A stretch of 64,000 nt of DNA, taken from Candidatus Dojkabacteria bacterium (GTDB taxonomy: Bacteria > Patescibacteriota > Dojkabacteria > SC72 > JAHDCA01). Under the pieces are notes generated by a model. It saw only the letters and a program-made list of their open reading frames with translations. It was not told where the DNA came from and did no database searches. This document shows, one piece after another, positions 55,331-64,000 of the stretch (its first letter is position 1; each line of letters begins with the position of its first letter). The translations under genes and the position numbers were made by a program. The stretch covers positions 843,686-907,685 of the forward strand of contig CP129478.1 of assembly GCA_030583845.1 (NCBI GenBank). The letters are read 5' to 3'.

Positions 55331-56683
55331 CTAGCCAACCGAAACGCTCTTCACATTCACGAATTCGAGGATCCCGTGCCTGCCCAATTCTCGACCGTAG
55401 CCAGAGCCCTTCACTCCTCCAAACGGAAAAGCTGGGTCTGACTGTACCATCTTATTGATAGCGATAACACCTACATCGAGCCTCCGAACTAGCCGCTTTG
55501 CTTCAACCTCGTTTCTGCTCCAAATTGATGCGCCAAGCCCATACTTTGTCTTATTAGCTAATGCGAGAGCATCCTCGAGACGCCCATACTTGATTACAGC
55601 AGCTACAGGCCCAAAAGCCTCTTCATTAAATACAGGCATATTTTCATTAACTCCAATTAGTATTGTCGGCTGGTATCCAAATCCGTTACCTGGATACCTT
55701 TTCCCACCAGTTACTACTTTCGCGCCGGCGTGAATGCTATCGACTACCTGCTCTTCAAGCCGCTCGAGTGCAGAGGCAGAAGCAAGTGGTGCTAGGCTTG
55801 TTTCTGAAGATAGAGGATCACCATATCTTAATTTCTCCATGGCACTTTTAAATTTCATTACAAATTGATCGTGTACTGATTCATGAACAATAAAACGCTT
55901 AGCTGCGATACAGCTCTGGCCGGCATTCCTCGCCCGTGACATTACCAGCTGCTCAACTGCAAGATCCAAGTCTGCATCCTCCATTACAATTGCCGGATCA
56001 CTTCCGCCTAATTCCAGCACACATTTTTTTAATGATTCCCCGGCAGCACGAGCCACTGTACTACCGGCTACCTCACTTCCAGTTAATGAAACAGCGCGAA
56101 CCGCAGGATCTCGCACAACTCGCTCAACCATGTCCGATCCTATAAGCAGGCTTTGAAAAACAGCAGGTGGAAATTTAACTTCATTAAATGCATCCTCTAA
56201 TGCGATAGCGCACTGCGGCACATTGGAGGCATGCTTTAGCAGGATCGTATTTCCAGCCATCAGGGCAGGGGCGGCGAAGCGCATAACCTGCCAAAAAGGA
56301 AAATTCCAAGGCATTACACCCAAGACAACCCCAAGCGGTTCATACATAACATAGCCATCTTCTAGCTGCTCGTCAGCCAGAAATGTAGCGCCATTGTCGG
56401 CGTAATAGTTGCAAACAAACACACACTTCTCGATTTCAGCGACCCCTTCGGTATAAAGCTTGCCCATCTCAACAGCCATCAACTTGGCAAGGTCACCTTT
56501 GCGACGCTCAAGGAATCCAGCTAGAAGCCGCAAGAACTGAGCTCGTTGAGGGTAATCAAACTCTTTCCAGATAAAGTGCTTTTTACGTGCAAATGCTATT
56601 TTCTGAGTCAGCTCTAGCTCTGTTAACGGTGTAAATTCACGAAGAAGCTCGCCACTGTATGGATTTAGCGACTGAATAGCCAT
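55331..56683 (-). CDS. NAD(P)-dependent aldehyde dehydrogenase
   Basis: ALDH glutamate (ELGGSDP) and cysteine (GQSCIAA) active-site signatures. Confidence 0.85.
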   Translation of the reverse strand: MAIQSLNPYSGELLREFTPLTELELTQKIAFARKKHFIWKEFDYPQRAQFLRLLAGFLERRKGDLAKLMAVEMGKLYTEGVAEIEKCVFVCNYYADNGATFLADEQLEDGYVMYEPLGVVLGVMPWNFPFWQVMRFAAPALMAGNTILLKHASNVPQCAIALEDAFNEVKFPPAVFQSLLIGSDMVERVVRDPAVRAVSLTGSEVAGSTVARAAGESLKKCVLELGGSDPAIVMEDADLDLAVEQLVMSRARNAGQSCIAAKRFIVHESVHDQFVMKFKSAMEKLRYGDPLSSETSLAPLASASALERLEEQVVDSIHAGAKVVTGGKRYPGNGFGYQPTILIGVNENMPVFNEEAFGPVAAVIKYGRLEDALALANKTKYGLGASIWSRNEVEAKRLVRRLDVGVIAINKMVQSDPAFPFGGVKGSGYGRELGRHGILEFVNVKSVSVG

Positions 56684-56696
56684 TGTGAGCAGTAAA

Positions 56697-57827
56697 CTAC
56701 TGAGAGATTATCTTATTATAGTTATCGACTATTTTGATGGTGAGGTCAATGCTGTCTTGGATACTCCTCAGCTCAATCCACTCATTCTTCGTATGGCTCT
56801 CGCCACCGACTGGTCCAAGCGCATCAATTACTAGTGCTGATTTGTTATGTTCACGAACTTTATTTGCATCCGAGACGCCACCTCTATTTCCATACTCTAT
56901 CTGTGTCCCTTCAGCATCAAGTGAAGACTTCAACTGCTCAAGGACTTTCAAATGATCGGCCTGCTTTTGAAGAGGCATAAAATTAAAGAGCTTCTTATAC
57001 TCAGTAGTAACACCAGGGCGATATATTTTCTTTAATATTTCTTCAACAAGTTCCAGTGCCTCATGCATCTCTTCTTCATTAAACGACCGTACTTCAAAAT
57101 TGGCCGTTGTCTCCTCTGAGACGATATTGAAAGCTTGGCCTCCATGGATCGTACCGATATTTACAGAGACGGTTTGAAACTTCTCCTCCAATCGTTGGAT
57201 CTCTGCCAGTTTATAGATCATTTCCAAGTTTGAGCTTAGCCGGTCAGATGGCTTGGTTAAGACACCTGAATGACCAGCCTTTCCTACGGTTTTCACGTCG
57301 TAGGCTACAATACCCTTCCGGTCTGTGATCAGTTTTCTCGATTCATCTTCCATCTCTCCTCCCTCAAAGACAAGAGTCAACTGCTGCTCTGCATATATTT
57401 TTGCTAGCTCGGTTTCGTAAGAGGTACTACCTATCTCCTCGTCAATATTCAGTACTACGGTAAGGTTATAGTTGCTCTGAGCAAGCTGTGCAAAAGCTGC
57501 CAGCATGACTACATTTCCACCCTTCATATCTTCTACACCGTCACCCTCCGCTTTCTCACCCTTTATTATAAAGTCTTTATGTCTCTCCTGTAGGTGAACC
57601 GTATCCATATGTCCGAGGAACATTACATTCATTTGCCCAGTCACGTGAGTATTCCGAATAATAAGCAGATTGGGCTTTCCATCTTTTTTCAAGAACTCAC
57701 AATGAGCAGCTGGAACCTGCTTAATAGCCTCAACAACAAGATTATTGCATGCGTTTATGCCTTCTTGGTTGTATGACCATGAGTTAATGTTTACAAGTTT
57801 TTCAAGTAGGGAAATAGGATCTTGCAT
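56697..57827 (-). CDS. M20-family metallopeptidase/deacylase (ArgE/DapE/PepT-like)
   Basis: HMDTV, the GDGVEDMKGG (DDKGG-like) block and a dimerisation-domain pattern. Confidence 0.7.
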   Translation of the reverse strand: MQDPISLLEKLVNINSWSYNQEGINACNNLVVEAIKQVPAAHCEFLKKDGKPNLLIIRNTHVTGQMNVMFLGHMDTVHLQERHKDFIIKGEKAEGDGVEDMKGGNVVMLAAFAQLAQSNYNLTVVLNIDEEIGSTSYETELAKIYAEQQLTLVFEGGEMEDESRKLITDRKGIVAYDVKTVGKAGHSGVLTKPSDRLSSNLEMIYKLAEIQRLEEKFQTVSVNIGTIHGGQAFNIVSEETTANFEVRSFNEEEMHEALELVEEILKKIYRPGVTTEYKKLFNFMPLQKQADHLKVLEQLKSSLDAEGTQIEYGNRGGVSDANKVREHNKSALVIDALGPVGGESHTKNEWIELRSIQDSIDLTIKIVDNYNKIISQ

Positions 57828-57901
57828 ACCTATGCATTATTGAAGCTTAATTGTGGTGATCATACCACAATTAAAAATTAAGGGTATCTATTATCGAAGC
57901 T

Positions 57902-59719
57902 TTACCAGCTTCCTCCGCCTCCACCACCACTTCCACCACCGCTAAAACCACCTCCACTGCTGAATCCGCTTCCTGATGACCTAGGAGTGGATGTGAAAGT
58001 GCTATTCATGCTAGTTGCGGCATTAGATAGCGAGTTCATAAGATAGATAGTGTTGAATGTAGACATATTGCTTCCTGAGTACCAGTCTGGCGGCTCCTTA
58101 TATATATCCTTAAACTTATCTGCCCACGCCTTCTCTACTTTCAACACCATCGCATATGGCAGCAATTTCTCGAACAGCTTCACATCACGTTTTGGAGCCT
58201 TTCGATCAGTTACATACTCGCTATCAGGTCCCTGCAAGGTCTTGATCCGATCCTCCTCTGCAATCTCAAGGTACATCTTGAGCCCTTTGATATGCTCTTC
58301 AATCTCAGTGCCTTTGGCAGTCCTTTGAGACATCCATGGGGCAATGGCTAGAAAAGCAACACCGGAAAGTAGCAATCCGCAGAAAGTGAGATAGCCGCCA
58401 ATTGGTGCGAGCACGCTCAGCAGGAAGATAGAGCCTAGCCCAATAAGTGTTCCCAATGTAATCATCACAGCCGTCAAGCTCTTCGGCTTCCTGGTGTAGT
58501 AGCCACCGCTGGTTAGTTGTGTGTAAAGTGCTTCATTTACCTCTTGCGCAGTTTGATAAAACTTCTCCTTAAGCGAGTTTAGCTTGACTACCTCGCCCTC
58601 GGCCACTGCAGTCCCAAAGATTCCGGTCAATATATTGATCTCATACTCCTTCAACTCGCTTAAGTCAGTTTTCAAAAGGTGGAAAGCATAGTCCTGTTTG
58701 CTGAGCGCTTTCTTAGGTAGCTCTTCGATTTGGATGTAGCCACGGATGGCCAAGTCTATCACTGTTGCCGAGATATCACGCATGTCCGAGCTGTTGTCAT
58801 AGATCACACCCACTTCTGCCGGTAACAATCCTTCTGGTGGCTCATATTGCGGCATAATTGTGCCTCGTCCTTTCGGATCTTTGCCATATTTTCGCCAAAG
58901 TAGAAAGGTGATAGGGAAGACAATAAATGGCAGGCAGGCACCAAGGTTTGCCACGAAGAGCAACCAGTATCGCTCGATAAATGTCGGCTCCTGGATAAAA
59001 CCTTTCGGATAGCCAACTACTACTGTAAGACCCTCGCGTATATCTAGCTCTCTGTTGCTTCTAAATGCTGTGTTGAGACCCTGTCGTGCATACTCGCACT
59101 CTTGCTCTGTGGATGCATACCCTCCCGTATAGCAGCGAGCCTGGATTTCGTCGAAGCTTTCCTCTGGAAGATTTTCTGGGCCTTTAACCACAGCCTCAGC
59201 CATAGCAATAGGGACTGGCCATTCATTGCCAGTGGCGTTCCAGTAAAGCTCGTCATGCTCTTCAAAATAGCCAATGACATTCCTGACATCGTACTCGATT
59301 ACATAGCGCTGCTCTGCAATTACGAATTCATCTGGGTCGCCAATCTTTATCTCTATATAGTCACCAATATTCGTGACAGTGTATGGAATTGGTACCCCCT
59401 CGCCATTCGTTACTTGCGCTACATCAATTTTAAGATCGCCTCGGTCATCATCATATTTGTAAGGAATTGTACGGAAAATGCCGTGGCGCTCGACGAAAAA
59501 GTATGCGTCAATGGTCTCTTTTACTTCTATTCGATCGCGATCAGTTACCTGAATATCAGCTCTAAAGTTTTGAATCTCCCAGAGCGACGACTCTGGCACT
59601 GTAAGTGGATCCTGCGCGGAAGCTACATTTGGAGAAATCGCTGAAAGCGCAAAGAGAGTGGCCACAAAGAGCAGCCTGATTGACCGACTCCAATTTCGAC
59701 GATTAATTATTTGGAACAT
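57902..59719 (-). CDS. DUF2207-family membrane protein with Gly/Ser-rich C-terminal tail
   Basis: Signal/TM, a large extracytoplasmic domain, internal TM helices and a C-terminal GGGFSGGGSGGGGGG tail. Immediately downstream of LemA, the usual partner. Confidence 0.65.
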   Translation of the reverse strand: MFQIINRRNWSRSIRLLFVATLFALSAISPNVASAQDPLTVPESSLWEIQNFRADIQVTDRDRIEVKETIDAYFFVERHGIFRTIPYKYDDDRGDLKIDVAQVTNGEGVPIPYTVTNIGDYIEIKIGDPDEFVIAEQRYVIEYDVRNVIGYFEEHDELYWNATGNEWPVPIAMAEAVVKGPENLPEESFDEIQARCYTGGYASTEQECEYARQGLNTAFRSNRELDIREGLTVVVGYPKGFIQEPTFIERYWLLFVANLGACLPFIVFPITFLLWRKYGKDPKGRGTIMPQYEPPEGLLPAEVGVIYDNSSDMRDISATVIDLAIRGYIQIEELPKKALSKQDYAFHLLKTDLSELKEYEINILTGIFGTAVAEGEVVKLNSLKEKFYQTAQEVNEALYTQLTSGGYYTRKPKSLTAVMITLGTLIGLGSIFLLSVLAPIGGYLTFCGLLLSGVAFLAIAPWMSQRTAKGTEIEEHIKGLKMYLEIAEEDRIKTLQGPDSEYVTDRKAPKRDVKLFEKLLPYAMVLKVEKAWADKFKDIYKEPPDWYSGSNMSTFNTIYLMNSLSNAATSMNSTFTSTPRSSGSGFSSGGGFSGGGSGGGGGGSW

Positions 59720-60427
59720 CTACTCTTCTGTCTTCTTATCTACAGAACCTGATTCATCACTCATATCTGCATCTGGTGCCTCGAGTGCCTCTGGCTTCTC
59801 AACCATAGCATCAGTCTCGGCAGCACTTTTTGCCTCAGCTGTTGGCTCGTCGAAACTGACCTTCACATTCTCACGCTCTGCACCTGCTGCCTCAAAGAAC
59901 TCCTTCTGCTCGAACTTGAACATCCCTGCGATTATGCTCCCTGGGAAAACCTGGATCTTGGTGTTGTAATCTCGAACTGTAGCATTGTAGAAACGCCTTG
60001 AATTTTGCAGCTTGTCCTCCAAGCCTGAAAGCTTTTCCTGTAGATCGAGGAAGTTTGTGTTGGCTTTAAGATCTGGATAGTTTTCAGCAACTGCGAAAAG
60101 CGATTTCAATGTGCTTGTAAGCATGTTGTCAGCCTCAGCACGCTCTTCCATTGTTGTAGCATTTGCTACCTGTGATCTAAGCTCAGTAACTTTGGTCAAT
60201 GTCTCCTGCTCATGCTTCATATATCCCTTAACTGTACTGACAAGATTTGGAATCATGTCATATCTCTGCTTAAGGAAGGTATCAATATCGGCCCAGGCTT
60301 CCTCAACTCGAATCTTCAGCTGAACAAGCGAGTTATAGTAAACAATCATTAAAAGAGAGACACCGATCAGAACTAGAAACACACAGAAGAAGAAGCCTAA
60401 AAAAGTACCCATTGGATTAGGACTCAA
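59720..60427 (-). CDS. lemA: LemA-family protein
   Basis: N-terminal TM then the LemA helical domain (YNSLVQLKIRVEEAWADIDTFLKQRYDMIPNLV). Confidence 0.85.
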   Translation of the reverse strand: MSPNPMGTFLGFFFCVFLVLIGVSLLMIVYYNSLVQLKIRVEEAWADIDTFLKQRYDMIPNLVSTVKGYMKHEQETLTKVTELRSQVANATTMEERAEADNMLTSTLKSLFAVAENYPDLKANTNFLDLQEKLSGLEDKLQNSRRFYNATVRDYNTKIQVFPGSIIAGMFKFEQKEFFEAAGAERENVKVSFDEPTAEAKSAAETDAMVEKPEALEAPDADMSDESGSVDKKTEE

Positions 60428-60474
60428 TTTATTTAATGCTATTTGATTCTACTCTGTGGGTAGTGAAATGGGAA

Positions 60475-60598
60475 GTCCGACCACCCCGCTAACTTATAGT
60501 ACAGCATATCGAAGCAAGTAGAATTCTCTGAATTCATTAAATCCTAATTGGAACTATAAGCGGGACAAAATATTATAAGTTAGCGGGGTGGTCGGACC
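60475..60598. repeat. 124-bp element bounded by perfect 23-bp inverted repeats (GTCCGACCACCCCGCTAACTTAT...ATAAGTTAGCGGGGTGGTCGGAC); shares the core CCCGCTAACTTATAGTAC with the ileS T-box terminator
   Basis: Seen directly. The right arm overlaps the last codons of the 60580-61245 gene. Confidence 0.7.
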
Positions 60599-61245
60599 AG
60601 ACGCTCGAGAGTTTTCATTAACTCTTCCGACTCCAAGACAGAGGTATGGCCTACTATCGGCAGCTCTATATTGTGTGCATTTGGCAAAATAGGCGAGTCA
60701 AAAGGAATCACATGGTTGTCGACCCTGACCCTAATGCTAGTAATCTTCTGATTCTGCTTATTTTCATTAAAACTAAGAATGAACTCTGATCCTGGGATAA
60801 GATCGGCGAGGCTCCATATTCGAAGATAACCCCACTTCGAGCCGTTGAAAGGTGTGGCTATCGTGATTGCCTGCTTGATATTGGCACCTGCAGGATATCG
60901 GTCAATTACCGCTTTGGCCACCATGCCACCTTTGCTGTGGCAGATTAAAATAAGATCATTAAGATTGTTACTGAGTATATAGTCGTTAACCTTTTGCGCT
61001 GCTACATATATATGGCTATGGTTTCGACCTATGCTGTCTATTGTGTGGACCGTGTATCCAAGCGAGTTCATTAAATTGCCTACTTCAAGTAGATAGCTCC
61101 ATGTTTCGTTCCAGCCGTGGATAAGTAGGATGTCGCCTCTGGTTCCTCTACGCCAGTGTGGGGGAGGGGAATTCAGCCTATATGAACGGATCTTAATCTT
61201 AATGATAGTGAGGTATTCATTTATTAGGCTTAGGATTGTACTCAA
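60580..61245 (-). CDS. alpha/beta-hydrolase (lipase/esterase-like)
   Basis: LLIHGW, the nucleophile elbow CHSKGG and a later His. Confidence 0.6.
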   Translation of the reverse strand: MSTILSLINEYLTIIKIKIRSYRLNSPPPHWRRGTRGDILLIHGWNETWSYLLEVGNLMNSLGYTVHTIDSIGRNHSHIYVAAQKVNDYILSNNLNDLILICHSKGGMVAKAVIDRYPAGANIKQAITIATPFNGSKWGYLRIWSLADLIPGSEFILSFNENKQNQKITSIRVRVDNHVIPFDSPILPNAHNIELPIVGHTSVLESEELMKTLERLVRPPR

Positions 61246-61353
61246 CCTTTGTTTAACAATATTTAGAGACCGACAGGCATTCTATTAATTTTACCATGGA
61301 AAATGGGTCAATTTTAACGCACGTCAGTACTATTGTGTGATTGAGGGCTCAGC

Positions 61354-63105
61354 TTAATCACCGGCCGAACTATTCAATAGAAAGTCCAGCTCATTTTTTA
61401 AGATCCCCACCTCTTTTAAAATTGCAGGTAGGGCGTCGATCATCTTCTCTCTGTAAAAAACTGCTGGTGTAAACGGTGGCTTTATCTCTTGGGTGAGTGG
61501 ATCATAATTCAGATACTCGCTAAGAGTTCCAGCTGTCTTCAGGATGCTTTGCTCAATGCGCAATGTGTTTGAAAGGTAGAAGAATAAAAGCGGATTTTGA
61601 CGACTTCGCAACCAGTCCGACAGTGATTGATGTGGCAACCTATTTTCAGCATAGAGCGACAGCAAGACTATCAAAAACCTTCTTCTTTGGGTCCGATGCG
61701 TTGCATCATCAACCCCTCCTGTCTTCAGCTCAAAAATTTCAATGCCGGCAGGCACTACACTTGCTCCGCTTTCTTCGACGTAGCGACTGTAAGCTTCTCT
61801 TACTTCTGGAATAACCCAATCACTCTCTGGGTCGAAGAAAAACTTGCCGCTTGCGCTCTTCGACACAGACTTCTCAAGCTCCATACAAAATTCTGGATCG
61901 TTAACTTCTAGCCACCCAAGAAAATCCTTGTAAGATTCAGAAAAGTCGCGATAGCATTTATCGAGCAAGCGGATTGTTCCATTTCTCAGTTGCCAATTAC
62001 CTGTTAGGAACAGGGCGTCGGGCCTAGTCTTAATTGCGGTTGCCAGCTTACCCAGCTTAATATGTCCGCTCAAATCCCTGGCCAAGAGCCATACATTTCT
62101 GTATGCTGCTATTTCTGCCTGGATGTGTGCGAAGTCTGGATTATTGCTTAGCTCGTTGAGTAATCCTCTATAATCTCTCTGTGGTAACGATATAAATCGC
62201 TTAAACATTGTCTGTGAATCACCATCCTTTAGCGAGTTGGCTAAAACCTGATATTTCCCTCGAGATTTATTCGCGCTATCGTCTAGAGCAGAAAGAAAGG
62301 CTTGCATCCCATTCGTGAGAAAGGATGCAGAGGGGTTAAAAAGTAGATCTACGTAATCTAGATCACCAAGTGTGCTGACAATATCTTGGTACATCTCGAC
62401 CCTGCCTTGTAGCCGTTTGCCAGTCATGCTTCGCGGCCTAGTGGAGAGTGTCTTCTCGGCCAATATCTCTCTACCTGATGCTATCGTTTGTAGAGTAGAA
62501 GTTGATCCAGGCTCGGGCCTCCCAGTGAAAAGCAAAATATTAAGAAGCACGAACTCATATGTTTTTTTCCATCGAGCTATTAATTGCTCAAATTGATCAG
62601 TGCGTCCGTCTTCCGTTAGGTAGGCTAGGCGCCCATGATTATCGATATAACCCGCGCTTGAGCTTGTGTAGAGTCCGCAATGTATAAACAAATCTGCAAG
62701 CCCAGCATCAGTACATTCTGAAAGGAGTGATACAACTTGGTCGTACAAATCTTTGTTTCTCAGTAATCCATTATTCAGCTGTTCTAGCTCGTGGTAACCA
62801 AGACCAATAAGATGGTTTTCTTTTAGCAATGTCCCGAGCTGGTTTATCTTCTCTACTACTGACTGGAATTCTTCCTGCTGTTCGACCTCAGGTGCAAAGG
62901 CGAAGGATCCTTCATAGGTAAAAGATGATGTACCGTTCATCATATCTTTGAAAATGGCGCCAATGATTCTTCCGGCATCAGTTGCGAGCATTGGGTCAAT
63001 CCTTTCGAAAACATTTTCTCCAGGCGCGAAAGGTGTGCCCTCGATCTGTCGCTGTAGATCGATCCCAGCTGCTCTTTTAGGAATGTTGACTCCATTGATG
63101 TCCAT
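61354..63105 (-). CDS. hypothetical protein (583 aa), no TM predicted
   Basis: Long ORF with no recognisable motif. Confidence 0.4.
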   Translation of the reverse strand: MDINGVNIPKRAAGIDLQRQIEGTPFAPGENVFERIDPMLATDAGRIIGAIFKDMMNGTSSFTYEGSFAFAPEVEQQEEFQSVVEKINQLGTLLKENHLIGLGYHELEQLNNGLLRNKDLYDQVVSLLSECTDAGLADLFIHCGLYTSSSAGYIDNHGRLAYLTEDGRTDQFEQLIARWKKTYEFVLLNILLFTGRPEPGSTSTLQTIASGREILAEKTLSTRPRSMTGKRLQGRVEMYQDIVSTLGDLDYVDLLFNPSASFLTNGMQAFLSALDDSANKSRGKYQVLANSLKDGDSQTMFKRFISLPQRDYRGLLNELSNNPDFAHIQAEIAAYRNVWLLARDLSGHIKLGKLATAIKTRPDALFLTGNWQLRNGTIRLLDKCYRDFSESYKDFLGWLEVNDPEFCMELEKSVSKSASGKFFFDPESDWVIPEVREAYSRYVEESGASVVPAGIEIFELKTGGVDDATHRTQRRRFLIVLLSLYAENRLPHQSLSDWLRSRQNPLLFFYLSNTLRIEQSILKTAGTLSEYLNYDPLTQEIKPPFTPAVFYREKMIDALPAILKEVGILKNELDFLLNSSAGD

Positions 63106-63238
63106 CTTGGCCTTCTGATAAAAGAAATCCCCACCTTGTTGAAGCCCATAGTATACAATATTTAAACGGAGATATCCACCGGTAGCGCCGCCAATCTAAA
63201 GGGTTGAAATCGTCGTGAAAACCACTCTCCTAGGCTAC

Positions 63239-63616
63239 CTAATAGCCTTTGCCTGTCTGAGAATTCTCCATCTTATACTCGACATATGCGTCGATAAGCT
63301 CATATGGAATCGGCTCATCAAACGAAAAGCTAAAAGTGCCTTTGGAAGCCTTATATTTCTTCAATTCATCCATGAAAGGCGCTTTGATATCCGAAGAAAT
63401 GCCGTAAACGCCTACGTGGTCACTCCAAGCGGCAAAATAGATCAAAATCCGGCCTTTATACTTGAATGCAGGCATTTGGTAGCTGATCACTTCGATGGCC
63501 TCTGGACAGCGTTTTGCAACAGTATCTCTTATTTTCTGGAGCTTTTCCTGAATACTCGGCGAGAATCGTTTGATATATTCATCAATATCTCTTGCTGGAG
63601 CGGTTTTCTTTTCCAT
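63239..63616 (-). CDS. DUF1801 (YdhG-like) domain protein
   Basis: Pattern ...EAIEVISYQMPAFKYKGRILIYFAAWSDHVGVY. Second DUF1801 member in the window. Confidence 0.5.
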   Translation of the reverse strand: MEKKTAPARDIDEYIKRFSPSIQEKLQKIRDTVAKRCPEAIEVISYQMPAFKYKGRILIYFAAWSDHVGVYGISSDIKAPFMDELKKYKASKGTFSFSFDEPIPYELIDAYVEYKMENSQTGKGY

Positions 63617-63633
63617 GCTTTATTAACGAAAGT

Positions 63634-63990
63634 TTAGGCTCGCAATATCTTCTCCATCTCCCTGCCCTTCGCAAGCTCATCAATAAGCTTATCAAGATAG
63701 CGAATCCCTTGCACAACCGGATCTTCTATCTCTTCGACGCGTACACCGCAGATAACACCCTTGATCAGGTCTCGTGAGGGATTCATCTTCGGTGCATCTT
63801 CGATGAATGTCTTGATATCAACCTGCTTGTCCAGCTGTGAATCTAACTGCTTCTGGCTGTATCCTGTCAGCCAGAGGATGATCTGGTCGACCTCGGCTTT
63901 GGTTCGGCCTTTTTTCTCTGCCTTGGCGATATAGAACGGGTAGACACCGGAGAAGATCATAGGGTAGATTTTATCTCTCTGTGCATCCAT
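63634..63990 (-). CDS. DUF2200-like small protein
   Basis: [44 protein letters not shown] resembles the DUF2200 signature (recalled from memory). Confidence 0.4.
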   Translation of the reverse strand: MDAQRDKIYPMIFSGVYPFYIAKAEKKGRTKAEVDQIILWLTGYSQKQLDSQLDKQVDIKTFIEDAPKMNPSRDLIKGVICGVRVEEIEDPVVQGIRYLDKLIDELAKGREMEKILRA

Positions 63991-64000
63991 TTGTGCCTTA

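Overview
This is a 64-kb chromosomal segment from a low-GC bacterium (roughly 40-45% GC by eye) with the standard genetic code: long ORFs such as ileS, ftsZ and prfB are uninterrupted, so UGA is not recoded. Genes are densely packed and mostly housekeeping. The window carries prfB-ftsE-ftsX-M23 and ftsQ-ftsA-ftsZ division clusters, a lexA-umuD-umuC SOS cassette, ileS behind a T-box leader, rplU and rpmA, parAB, lepB, gpmI, ung, uppP and six tRNAs. The compact layout, the N-terminally extended L21, a tRNA carrying a group I intron, the T-box and many DUF proteins are compatible with a Patescibacteria/CPR-like or other Gram-positive-type lineage. I cannot assign taxonomy without searches. Things I consider most worth follow-up: (1) an AmmeMemoRadiSam-type radical-SAM homologue next to Memo in which all three CxxxCxxC cluster cysteines are replaced, a probable cluster-less radical-SAM pseudoenzyme; (2) a tRNA, most likely Asn-GUU, split by a ~312-nt group I intron in its anticodon loop; (3) a chromosomal homologue of the ArmA/Rmt 16S rRNA m7G1405 aminoglycoside-resistance methyltransferases, sitting in a small gene block between that tRNA and a divergent promoter region; (4) two families of near-identical palindromic elements that recur in intergenic regions; (5) a lexA promoter whose operator region is a tandem 9-mer array; (6) a terminator-like hairpin in the leader of an ABC-F ATPase gene; (7) an M23/LytM domain next to ftsEX whose motifs are in non-canonical order. 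All protein assignments rest on motif-level reading of the translations and should be confirmed by HMM or BLAST searches.
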